From: the human T2T-CHM13v2.0 reference genome, Homo sapiens
Reading direction: 5' to 3' (one strand)
Assembly: GCF_009914755.1 (NCBI RefSeq)
Contig: NC_060926.1
DNA: 64,000 nucleotides
The notes below the pieces were generated by a model that saw nothing but the letters and a program-made list of their open reading frames with translations, searched no databases and was not told the origin of the DNA. This document shows positions 50,361 to 64,000 of the stretch, in pieces. Made by a program: the position numbers and the translations under genes. Position 1 is the first letter of the stretch. Every line of letters starts with the position of its first letter.

Positions 50361-50836
50361 CTCCAAGATGCTTATTTTAAACATGTGAAAAATAGAGTTG
50401 TCGTTAAATGAGATTACAAAGGTGGATTTGGGGGATACAATGTGAAGTTTATTTTGGGGCATGCTAGTTTCAAGGTTTTGTTTTAGATACAAAAGAAAAA
50501 CAAAGTAAGCAGTTGGACAGGGGATGATATCAATTATGTTAGCATGTCGATATATGTTAAACCATGAAACTATGTGAGCTCAACAAGGAAGTAAGGGAAG
50601 AGAGTAGAGGACTAAGGGCTGAGCCTGGGGTATTTCATTATTAAGAGGGGTGAAGAACAGGAGCAAGCAAAAGAGACTGAGTAAGTGAGGGGAAAAAAAG
50701 AAATGTTAAAACACCAATAAAATAACTACATTGGTGATTCACCTTAGAATCATTTTGTTTTACAGGCTTATTATTACATAATATGACATGATAACTATCT
50801 ACTGAAAGCTTGGCTGGAGATGCTGACATTGTGGTG

Positions 50837-51030
50837 AAGGGTTTCTCAATTTCACTGCTGCCAACATTTTGCTCAGGATACTTTGTAGTGTGTTATCCTA
50901 TCCATTGTAGTGTGTTAAGCAGCATTTCTGGCCCTACCCACTTGATACCAGAAGTACTCTCCCGATTGTAACAATCAAAAATATCTCCAGACATTTCTAA
51001 ATGAGTAGGAAATCATACCTACTTGTGCTC
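50837..51030 (+). mobile_element. MER20 (hAT-Charlie) relic
   Basis: agggtttctcaat...cattgtagtgtgttaagcagcatttctggccctacccacttgatacca...acaatcaaaaatatctccagacatt. Confidence 0.75.
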
Positions 51031-51215
51031 TCTGATGTCTGCCTCCTCCATATTCCCTAAATTTCTTAAGGTCCTTAATGAATCTCTGCCATGAAATTTG
51101 TTGAACACTTCTTTGTCCTCATTCACTTGATTTCTTAGAAGTACACTAAAATTATGACCCTGATCTCTTCCTCAAAATACTCTCCTCTCTCAGTTTTTGT
51201 ACCTCTATATCTTCT

Positions 51216-51263
51216 TATTTATTTTCTCTTAATGCACTGTATTTATTTTCTCTTAATGCACTG
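51216..51263. repeat. Perfect 24-bp tandem duplication
   Basis: tatttattttctcttaatgcactg twice. Confidence 0.9.
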
Positions 51264-51424
51264 GCTACTCCTTGTCAGCATTTTAATTTTGCTTGAGAGC
51301 TTGATTCCAGTCCTTCTTTTCCTCCTTTCTATTCTTACTGGTAATCTAATCTGGCTTCATAGTTTTATGTATGTCCTCTATTCTGCTATTCTTTAATGTG
51401 TATCTCTAGCCCAGAATATGTTTG

Positions 51425-51633
51425 TGTATGTATGTATATATGTGTGTGTGTATATATATATATAGATATATATATAAAATTCATGTCCTCTCATAACTCA
51501 TATATGTATATATATACACATATATATACATATATATACACATATATACATATATACACATATATATACATATATATACACATATATACATATATACACA
51601 TATATATACATATATACATATATATATACACAT

Positions 51634-51668
<35 letters not shown>
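51425..51668. repeat. Compound (TG)/(TA)/(CATATATA)n/(CA) microsatellite
   Basis: Long alternating purine-pyrimidine tract with ~10-nt tatatataca units. Confidence 0.95.
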
Positions 51669-54661
51669 AAAAAAATAGCATTACTTCTTTCTCATCTCAG
51701 CTCAAATCTCCTCTCTTCAAATTGGCCTTTACTCATCTTATCTTGGGATTTGCATTATCTGAATTTTTCTTTCTTAGATTATTTAATTCCTTTAATACAT
51801 TTTAAACAAACAATTGGAATTTTCTGTATTGATTTCTTTATGAGTTTATTTAACTTTCTCTTTCTTCCCTAGAAAATAAGTGCTATGAAAGCAAGATTCC
51901 AGTTCTGTTATTATTATTATTCTATTCTAAAAACTCAGCACCAAAAGTAACAAGTAGGCTTTAAATAAGCCTTTGGGTATGAATGAATACATTTTGGCTG
52001 GTTCCCCCTAAAATGCTACACTTTTTGATTAATAATTTCCTCAGCATAATTTATTGTAGACTCATATAATAATTATCATTGGTATATTTTTAATGAGTAA
52101 ATATTGTGTAATTAAGGAACTAAAAATCCATTATAGCAAAGTGTCAAATTTATACCTCTTTGACTTGTTTAGTAAAATTTTGACTAGATCATAACTGTTA
52201 ACATTATCACTTACCTGAGTCAATATTATTATTGAGTACCTGTTTTGTGCAATTAACAACAATAAAACCACAAATGGTAATGATGTAATGATCTGATAGC
52301 TTTAGATTTTTTCCACAATCATAATAAATGATTGTAGTTGTTGACTGGTTTGAATGAACTCAGATGACTGTCAATTTTTACCAGTACCCAAATGTTCTGA
52401 AATAAGACTTTTAAGTGTTTGCCAAGACTTTGAAGTGTTTTTGCACACACACACACGCTTACTTGTAAGTGCATATGCACACCTATGCACTTTGTGTGTG
52501 CATGCATGTGTGTGTGTATGTTTGTGATACAGACTCATATATTGGGTATGAGGTTTATAAATAGAACTTCAATTAAAAATTGAGACCTATTAAGAGTAAC
52601 TTAAATAGATATTTTGCTAAAAGCTTTTTGGGAAAACAAAATGGCCTAATCAACTTTTTAAGAAAAAGATATGATTATTAATCAGTAAAAATCATGTTTA
52701 TCCTGAACATTCTATTTACAAAAATGAGAATATACCAAAAATGATATCTCATATTTACTTTTCAAAGTCAAGTAGATCAGATAAATCTGAGCATTTGTTT
52801 TGCTTAGGAATATTTAGGTTTTTAGTGGTAAAAATTTAATCTGTACTTTTAAAGTTATTTGCATTTTTCCAAACATTAACCTACTTTATAGTGCTTCCCC
52901 TCATATACTTTTTTGTATAGCATTTCATACTAAAAATGATAAATTGCCCAAGAGCATGTACAATTGTTGCATAATGCTGTTATATTCTGTTCTGGGTACT
53001 AAAATTAACATTCAGAAGTCTCATTTTGCCTTATGTACAGATTAAATCATGTCACTCTTTTAAGTTTTAAATTATTTCTTAAACGAAAAAAAAATCCATT
53101 CCTCTTGTATAGCCCAGAGGGTTAGAAAATTATAAAAGTATTTCTAACTAACTATAAACAACTTGATCTGCATTTGAAATTTAAATTTATAATAATTATT
53201 AGTATTCTAACCATTTTCATAGATCACAGAAGAGTATTCCCTTCACAATTTCCAAAAAAAAAAAAGAAACGGGATCACATGGAAAATAACCATTTTTTTA
53301 GAATGTACTTCATTTAACATTTAGTTGTCTGAATAATATTCTTCTGGTTTTTGATGCAACAGATTTTCTACTCTTTATGGAAATTGAACTATTCCAATAT
53401 TTTTAGTATCTGCAAGTATGCTTTAAAAACATCCTGCTACCACATGGCTAACTTCTTCCATTTGGTTCACTGACAATGGAGTTACAACTAATGTATTCAT
53501 AGCTTGATTTGTGTATTTTTCTCTCCCTTGTCTATTGATTCAGAGATAGGTAGAAATCAATGTGCCATAATCAGCCTGGGGAAAAATCTTGAGTTTTATT
53601 TTTCAAGGGGTGGGAAAGTCTCCGTCAGTATTATTTAATATTTGTGTCAAAACTTAGAAGATGAATTAGATTGCATGCTCATTAAACTAAGGGATGACTA
53701 GCTTGTTACTGTTAGAAGAACACGTGTTTACATGGCACAAGTGTTTACATGGCAGAGTAATTCATAAGATAGAAAATCAATTATTAATACATAAGACAGA
53801 TTTCAGAGGAATAAACACAAATTGTCCAGATAATAATTAGATAGATATATGACATGTCATACATCTTTTGGAAATCAAATATATTTAAAATATATTATCT
53901 CAAAGGGGCTGTAGAAATTGTGTACTTCAATATTACAGTTGTTTTCAGATGAATAAGCTGAGACCCAGAGATGTGATATGCCTTTCAAGTTAGTTGCTCT
54001 ACAATTCACATTACTCATTAAGGTGGTAATAATAGATTTAGTCTGTCTTTATAATATTGAAATATCAGGAATACAAAAAGATTTAGGAGGCAAAGTTAAA
54101 TAGTTGCTTTTATCAGTTTATCAGTGTAGCTCTAAAGTATTTTTTAAAATAATGTATTGGCTAGTATTGTTATGAAATTTGGCTTATAGTGCTAAAACTC
54201 ATGGCTCAGAGGTTCCAAACTTATAATTATGTCATTTAGTTAGTTATGATGGACTCCTTAGTAGAAAATGCACTCCTACTGTTATGCATTTTTCTTCTTT
54301 GTGAGTGCTATTTTTCTTCTTTGCGAATGCTAATAATCATGGGAGATTTAAATACAGAGGTGAAAACAAAAGCAAAACACAGGAAGTCTGGATGATATAA
54401 CACAAGTTATTACTATCATTAAAAGTAAAGTTTTATATCCTATTCAAATAAGTCTAATCAACAGCTTTGCCATTGGATATGAAAGATTCTATAACACATT
54501 AATAAAGTTAAAGATAAAATATGTAAAAATATACACATATAAATATTCAAGTAAAATACATAAATATATTTGCATGTATAAGAATGAAAACTTAGTTACC
54601 AAACATTGAGTGAATTTGGCTTCTAATCTACAATAAATTTTGTGAATTCTGTTCACTAGAA

Positions 54662-54974
54662 CAGCGGTCCCCAACCTTTCTGGCACCAGGGACCAGTTTC
54701 ATGGAAGACAATTTACTTATGAATAGAGTGTGTGGGGGATTAGATTCTCATAAGGAGCTCAGCAATCTAGATTCCTCGCATCCACATTTCACAGATTCCT
54801 CACATGCACAGTTCACAATAGGGTTTGCGCTCCTATGAAAATCTAATGCCACCACTGCTCTGACAGGGTGCAGAGCTCAGCTCCCTCACTAGCTGTTAAC
54901 CTCCTGCTGTGCAGCCAGGTTCCTAATGGCCACAGACTGATACCGGTCTGTGGCCTGGGGGTTGGAGACCCCTG
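54662..54974 (+). mobile_element. MER1B (hAT-Charlie) MITE
   Basis: TIRs cagcggtccccaacc...ggttggagacccctg. 8-bp TSD cactagaa (54654-54661) and aactagaa (54975-54982). Confidence 0.88.
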
Positions 54975-56511
54975 AACTAGAACCCTGAACTAAAGGACAA
55001 TCAATTTCCCCAAAGCACAAAACTAAATAAAAATCAAAGACTTTTCTCTGAAAAATTATGTCAAAATTGAAGATGTGTCTATGTTTATCAATTGTAAAAT
55101 GCAGATATGTAAATTGCAAATAATTTTTAATATGCTAATATGAAGCAAAGAACATTTTGCCAATTATCATTATTAATGTCATTACCATCATCAACAGAAT
55201 CATCCTGTTAATAGCATCCATCTAAATAATACTTCCTATGTACCTAGAAAGTTAAACATTAGTATATAAAATACATAGAATTAATGTATATTATTTATTA
55301 GTTGTATGTAATTATATACAATTAATTTTAGTATATAGTTAATATACTAATATGTAAATTGAATCATCACTAGAACCTCTTGAAATAGAGAGTACCAAGA
55401 AGCTAGGAGGCCAGTAAGCAACAGGAATAAGATTCAAACTCAGCCAAGGTAAGTCCACAGTATATACTCCATTCATTAACAACAGATGCCATGTTACCGT
55501 AGAAGCAATGTTTTCAACAAGCAGATTTCTGTTTTAGAGCTAACGAAAGTTAATGTTAGCTATTGTGTTTGAGGGAATAGGAATTGAACAATTCTGGTAT
55601 ACATGGATTTTTACTCAAAGGTTTCATCTAAGTTAATCTAAATCCGAATTTGAAAGCTAAAATAGCTTCTTTTAAAACCAGCATATTGCCATCTACTGCT
55701 GATAAAGTATATTCCAGATTTGCATCAAATGGATTTATGTAGTTCAAGTGTTTATGGTAGATGCTAGTAGAAAAAGTAGTGAGAACTTCTAGATAGGAAC
55801 CTCTAATTTTTGTTAAACACAAAGCTTCAATTACATCCTGCTGGGACACCACTTGACTTTTTGGTTGTACAGGAATGGGCCAGGCCCTATAAAAACACAT
55901 ATTTATCTGTCATTTTCCTTCCAGGTTACTTAAAAATATAAAACACACAATAACTTGACATGCCCTAAAACAAAAAGGGATAATCTAATCTACAACCATA
56001 AATTGAAACATGTTCCAGTTTATTTTTTCTCAAAAACAATAACCATGATAATCAACATGTCCAGCATACACAAGTGCACAATATTTCTGTTTTGGATATT
56101 TCCTGAAATATAGTTATCAGGAGTCAGAAGAAATGGTTACACTATTGAGTTGATGTCCTGCCCTACAGTAGAAGTATATTTATGATAATGTAAGAAGAGA
56201 AATAGTTATCCCTGCATTATGCTACTTTCTAATGTAAAAATAAAGTGATGTTTCCCAATCTCATCTCATGATAAAAAAGCTTATGTTCATAATAATTGTA
56301 AAGCACTATGAAATAGATGTTCTGGAGATGTTATATGTCATTCATTAGCATTCTTATATAATAGTCAAATACATTAAAGCAAAAACATAAAAGCATGCAA
56401 CTAAAATAAATCATGTACAGCTATGAGAATGAGTAGAGAAATGCATTATTTCTATTTAAGGAGAATATTGGGAGAATAATTGAATATATTACTTAGTATA
56501 ATTAGATATTA

Positions 56512-56835
<324 letters not shown>

Positions 56836-57902
56836 TTATTATAATAAAATACAAAAATAAAGTAAATTTCAACTAATGTTAAAAGCAATAATTGTACTTT
56901 TAAATTATCTTGAATTATTATTCTTAATACAGTTTTTCCTCAAAAATCAACCAGTTTTATATTGTCTTTTAGTCTTTATGGCTTATTATTTCTGATACTC
57001 ACTTATCTAAACATTTACAATAATTATTGATAGAGGTTTTTCTACTGCCAATCTTTCCTTATGGCTAGAAATTATGTACATATAAATGTCCTTTTATGAA
57101 GAGAGATTATTATTTGATAAGTCACAATACACTAGGTTATAATGCATCAATTGTCAATATCCAAGTACTATGTTGTATACTCATTAAGCTTCAAAAGTTT
57201 CTGATTACTTAATTTATGCACCTGAGTGATCATTACTTTAGGCTAAGAAATAAAAATTAAAATATGAAGAATCTTCCTCTTACTGTATTTATACATCTTA
57301 AATGCTTACTAACTTTTAACATAAAAAGATATCAGTATTTATTCCATTAAAGTTCTATAATCTCTAAATTATCTAGAATCCTGCTAAGTGTAACATTCTA
57401 TTCTAAAGTTTTGACACCTACAATAGAGTACTAATGTCATTTTCATACTAACAAGTAAAACCCTAAAGCAAATGCCAAAATTATCAATTAAAATATTAAC
57501 GAAGCCCTAAAGAGATGTTCGATTGCATACATAGTTTCTGCAAATAAATAATAATAATAATACCTCATGAGGTGCCTTTCAGCTCTGTAATGTTAATAGC
57601 TGTCACTTAGCAAATGCTTATTATGTGTCAGACGCTATGTTAAGCCTTTCACAGTTTATCTCCACTTCTTATAACTATGGAAACTGAACTGAGGCTCTGA
57701 CACTTTAGTGAATTCCTTGAGGCCACACAGTCTAAAAGGTGCTGTGCTGGGATTCAAATCCAAGCATATCAAATGCTATAGCCCACAGTTGATCCATTAC
57801 ATCATCCTGTTTTCTTCTTGTAATAACAATCTTAATAATGTCCAATCATACTTTGTAGCCAACAATATTGAAGTTACAGTATTATTTAGCATAAACACAT
57901 GA

Positions 57903-58263
<361 letters not shown>

Positions 58264-58742
58264 TATCATTTAATCTTTTTAAAAAATAATATTGGTAAGT
58301 GGAGGACTTCTAAATTTGAAAGCAAGATCTTGTTTTAAAACCTTTAAAATCCTTACTCAAAATTCCTTTCTCCTTATAATGCTAATGTTTATTTTTATCC
58401 CTGGGGTATAATTTTTCTCATATTCCCTTAGAGCAGACCATCAAGAGAGATACTTCACATTCTATCACACTGGCTTTTAAAATTTTACCCCTTTTGAAAA
58501 ATTGTTTTGAACACAATGACACAATGTGATTTTAACAGTAACCATATATTTCATAGTCATTTCCATAAACCATCTAAGATTAAATTCATTAATATTAACT
58601 AACCAACTGGCCAAATTAATCATCATTAAAAGTATTTTATCAGAAATGAAGCTGTTGCTGGAATGAAATATAAAACATTTTTCTCCATAAAATGTTTACA
58701 ACAAAATTGTAATAGGATTTGCAATAGTGGTTATAATCTTAC

Positions 58743-58862
58743 CTTCTGCTATGCAGGTGTTATTTCTTTCTTGAAAATTCTGGTCACACACACATTTATA
58801 TGATCCTTCCACATTTATACATTGATGGGAACATGTGCCAAACACCAAACATTCATTAAGGT
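58743..58862 (-). CDS. LRP1B: LRP1B exon (~76), 120 nt, calcium-binding EGF repeat
   Basis: ttctag|ACCTTAAT...GCAGAAG|gtaaga. Encodes (D)[39 protein letters not shown], with the cbEGF signature DxNEC...CxNxxGSY. Confidence 0.97.
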
Positions 58863-59125
58863 CTAGAAAAGAAGAGCTCAAAATAGCATCATCATACCCT
58901 CAATTCAGACTCCTATTCTTACCACGTTTCAAAAAAGCCAAAATTATTTTTAACTTATTACTAGCTTTATTGTCCTTTCACATCTTTAATCTGTGACCTG
59001 CTGTGTCATATTTTTGAAGGTATAATCATTTTTCACAATATTTGTAGTAGAAGATTTATCAATTGTCATTGCTTTTATTAATCCACTTAAAATATTAAAG
59101 CTTCAATTTCAAACTTCCCTGGGGC

Positions 59126-59250
59126 TTTCTTTTTTCTTTCTTAAAATTTTTACTTATTTATTTTTTTACCTTTTAAGTTCATGGATACAAGTGCAGGTTT
59201 GCTACCTAGATAAACTTGTGCCATGGGGGTTTGTTGTATAGATTTCCATT
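59126..59250 (-). mobile_element. L1PA13-like 3' terminal fragment
   Basis: T-rich tail, then ttttaagttcatggatacaagtgcaggtttgctacctagataaacttgtgccatgggggtttgttgtatagat. Confidence 0.8.
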
Positions 59251-62060
59251 CACGCAAATAGACCTGTCTTGAGGTTTTCTTTTAAGCTGTTTCTGATGAC
59301 CTACCTCCATGCCTTCGAAGGTATCATGGGCTATTCTTTCATCCCATAATGCCCTTGCCCACTTTTCCATACAGAATTTCTACTCATCTTTCAAGATCCA
59401 CCTGAAATAAAGCCTTCCTTGGTCTCCAACCATATATGGGAGTGATGATTCATCCTTAGTTTCTCCAGTTTTTGCTCTCCTGGTGTTTCTCTCTTACACT
59501 GTTGCTTATATTTCAGGAATGTGGTTACATATTCATATTCCCTTGAGGACATAAATTATGATACATTCCTTTTTTATTGCCAGATTTTGCACAATGACTG
59601 GCAGAGAACAAAGATTTGGGCACATCTCTAACACACTTCTGGACTCATATATATGAAGTGACTACGTAACAAGAAGGGCTGTATTGAGGTTATGTGATGT
59701 GAATTAAGCAAGCAAAATCTGCATGCCTATATATGAATAAATACCTCTAAATCACTAGCATAAATAAATAAATCACAGGCAGTATTCATGTGATTTAATC
59801 AGAGTCATGTAGCTTGGCACATGACTCTAATTTTAAGGGCTTATGAAGAGCCAGGATTGAGGCCAGGTGATTCTAGGGAATTATCTAATTTTCCTCTCTT
59901 TTCCTCCTCTACTTTTGTGTTTAGCCAGCATATTTCCCCTGCCTCATTTTATCACTTATAATCTCCTAATTACCTAATAAATCTGTGAGATAAATCCTTC
60001 CCTTGAATTAGAGAACTTAAGAATCAGCACAGTAAGAATAACTATCTTTTGCGTAGCACACAAACAATGTTCTAAGGGCTCAGAGGTAGAGACACTTGTA
60101 AATCACAACGTCAAGGCTTAAACTCAGGTTTTCTGATTTTGTTGACTTTACTGTGATACTTTGCCTAAGAACACATAAGCATTTTCATGACCACACATTG
60201 CTATTTGATTGAAATGTAGAGTAAAGAGATGCAGAAAAGTGTATTTCGTTGTTTTTAATAAATATTTTACAGGAATGAAGTAGAATGCATCTTGTCAGTA
60301 CTTAACCATCACGATTACAACAAATATTTCTGATTTGTTCAGCCCCTGTAACTTTGAACCGGCAGTTATTTGTCACTATGGTTTCCCTTTGGTACAGAAT
60401 CCAAATAAGCAGTATTCTGCATGATTTCATACAACCTCAACTTCCTCACTTGTCATTATACTGGCCTGAACCATCATTTTCGCCTCATCTCTAGAAAGCC
60501 TGGATCATGAGCTTTTGAAGGGGATGGAGGAATTCCACACATGCCTAGTACCCAAAACAGTACCTGGCACTCAGCAACTGTTAATCCCCTTCTAATTTTC
60601 TTCCACCATTCCTCTTTACTTTTTTCCCTTTAGATATTCTAATTGAAGTGTTTGGGCTTTAACATCAAATAGCAATTTCTTATGCATTTTTTCAGATACA
60701 TAAGTGAAGGGCACAAACAAATTTAAATTTTTGGATTATAGAATCCAATTATGTCTTACCCTTCTTTGACACTGAAATAGAACTATTTTCCTTAAAATCA
60801 AAACTTTATTTATTAAAAATAGATGAACATTTTATTAGAGTTCAGAAGTTACTCGTCTGTCCTACAAAATAATACAAAAAAGTGGATTCATAGCAATTTA
60901 AAATAAAGAATGTAGTGTGCAGGTTATATTTGCTGTGGAATGTAATTAAAAATTAAGAAAACTTTAATAATATAATTTCTAAATTTAGTACATATATACA
61001 GAAAAAACCCACTGACAAATATTAGAAAATAAATGTTATTGAAATTAAAATATTGAAAGAATTGTGTGTGTGTGTGTTTATATGTAATTGATAGAAAGAG
61101 CCTGGGAAAAATAAATACCATAGTTTGAAAGATAATTCATTTTTTAACTAAAACACAGAAAACCTAGGTTGTCATCTTTCAGTCTCATGGTAATGGAACA
61201 ATCAAATGTCACGAATAATCCAAATACACATTTAACTCAAAATGTAGATAAACATGACGTGACTACACTTTTTCCCCTTTTGGGTGAGTAGAATCAATTC
61301 ATTTAAATAATTCCATTTTGATTAACACGAAGTAGAATCATTTTTCTTAACCTCAAAATATCACAAAGAGACATAACAAAAGCAAGCTGGTAGGTAAAAG
61401 CACTTAAAGACTTGAATTTAGCCTGGATAAGCCAGACTTAGTTATTTTAGGTTTGGCTGTACTTACATTAATATGAATATGAATACAAATAGCAGTTTTA
61501 TTGGAGAAACTTGCAGAAAGTGCATATGGGTCTGTATTTCATGGTTCTATAGTTAGAACACTGATGTAATTATATTTACTTACTTACTATAAGATTTTGG
61601 CTATCCTACATGCTCAATTTTTAAATGATCTCAAGTAAGTTGACAGATTTATGTAGATCCTGACTTTGAATTTTTAAAGATACATTATGATCTATTTAAA
61701 ACATGGTTTTAGGACAAAAGCCCATGACTCTCTAAATGTGATTTACCTATTCCAGTATTGCAAATTCCACACTCAAGAGAAATGGGTCATCATAAACATA
61801 TTTTTTCATGAAGCAAGACTAATTCTCCAATAGTTCCTGAACCAGGAATTTCGTTATTTGCATTTCAAAACAGTATTGTAGCAATAGAATTGAAATTCCT
61901 GCAGCTCTGAATTTGCTATAGAAAAAGCTTTGTAGCCTCTGTCGTGGTTAGCTTAGCTCCACAAACAAGCTCTTGACCCCAGAGACTTTCATTCTCATAA
62001 GTGAAATGGTATCCCGTAGATACACACCATTTTGATGAAAGTCAATCCCCTGTGATCTCA

Positions 62061-62273
<213 letters not shown>

Positions 62274-63751
62274 TTAAAAATATGATCAAAACTAATATAA
62301 TTCTAATTCCTGAAGTGGGGAGTTAACTTTTAAAAAATGTTTGAAATGGTATTTATTATTCCACAGATAACTCTTTTTGAATGTACAAGGTTACGGTCTT
62401 CTCTCCATATAAGCCCCCATGTCTTATAAATGTATAGAAGTATAAAAACTAAACTCATTAACATTAAATACAGATTAGACCAAGCTGCTAACAGTTGATA
62501 TTTAGAGCTGCTGTTAAGCTGTAACACTTTTTAAAAATAAGTCAGGAGTCAATGATTCTAATGACAGGCTATCTTTATTATAGTACGATATATGAGTACT
62601 ACATCCTTCTCTGAGAGCCAAAGCATTTCCTATAAGCTACCTAGAAATTTAGGCATTTATTGCTAACCTAAGCTTAATATTTGTAAACTCAATCAAGGGT
62701 ACTGCTAAGTTACTCAAGCAAGTTGTCTAAATCAGCAGTTTAAATTTCATTTTTTTATGCTGGACATACATATGAAGAGTAACATTTGAGTGTGTAATGT
62801 GCTCATAATGGTTGGTCATAAGCTGCAACATTTTAGGACAGACAAAAAGTTACTTGTAATTTCCAGGATAGCAGTTGCAATTTTATTACTTTATCTCCCA
62901 TTCAGGAAAACATTTTAGAAGGCCTTCTCTTTTAAATAAATGAGAGGGACATTATTATAGAGACATCATATCATCTCTAAGTTACTTAAATCAAATTTTT
63001 GAGAAATGTGAGAACTTTAATTATTATCGTTGTAACCCCACTGACTTGAATATTTTGCAATTAGTTAAAATAGGTCAGTGGAATGATACCATGGTTTAGA
63101 CACATGCAGCCATATCCTGGTGGGTATTGCTTCATCCCTAAATGAGGAAAGTTTTAGATGCATAAATTAAAAAAAAAAGATGTAAAAGTAGGAAATATTG
63201 TGTGACTTTTGTAAGCAAACTGAATTTAGGATCATACATTTAATTATTTTTCTTTAATATAAAAAATCAAATACCAAGCATTAGACACAAACTATTCGCA
63301 ATCAGCAGGTAATAACTCAAGTATCATGGCACTGTAACTAAAAAAAAAAATCACATCTTCTGTAAGAATGACTCAGCAATGGATTAAATTTTTTTTAACA
63401 TTGAAAAAATTAAGACCTTTACTATCATTCAACTAAATATCACCGTTTATAAAACTTAACACTAAATTTGTATAAGATAAATTACTAAATGATATAGATT
63501 ACATTGCTGACATCAACTTCGATATTTGAATATTGATTTCTCAGCTTCTGCTTTAACAAGGGTACTCATTACAAAGCCAACCTTGTCCACTTCATACTTT
63601 CTGAAATTAAGTAATATTCTAATGTTGCTTTGGCAAAGGTTTTTGAAAAAGGGCATCAGTCAAGCATACTTTGAAGAGCAATATTTCCATCCAGAACATT
63701 TTAGTCATGTACAAGCAGAAGTTAGACTTGTGTATCCCGGTGCTTTGCTTA

Positions 63752-63937
<186 letters not shown>

Positions 63938-64000
63938 TCACAGAATCAAAACACTCTTATTGAGCATGTAATAGCTCCAAAATTTTACTAACTACTATGA

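Noticed and set aside
49885-50492. Two ORFs sharing ESLVVADSFPSVITHKSGSLVEYTFKVCPRVGYF
   Set aside because: A by-product of the 116-bp tandem duplication, not a repeated protein domain.
51396-51872. 158-aa Y/I/H/T-rich ORF and its antisense partner
   Set aside because: Translation of a microsatellite.

Overview
This is AT-rich primate (human-like) genomic DNA, not microbial sequence. The whole window lies inside LRP1B (LDL receptor-related protein 1B), transcribed on the minus strand. I resolved 11 GT-AG coding exons (63769-63906 down to 3629-3790; 1,710 nt in total) that splice into one open frame with compatible phases. They encode the last LDL-A repeat of ligand-binding cluster IV, two EGF repeats, the furin-cleaved (REKR) last YWTD beta-propeller and the following EGF repeats. 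From memory of the 91-exon gene these are probably exons ~74-84. The introns hold Alu, L1, L2, MIR, LTR and DNA-transposon relics, microsatellites and local duplications. I found no convincing new gene or biological system. The most notable observations are an AG|GTAAG recursive-splicing-like exon start, a 26-bp micro-inversion inside an L1, a hairpin filler at an L1 deletion junction, a near-perfect 116-bp tandem duplication, a sense L1 poly(A) signal upstream of the transmembrane exons, and an aromatic/His-rich propeller loop. Exon boundaries were read base by base. Repeat boundaries and subfamily names are by-eye estimates from remembered consensus sequences.
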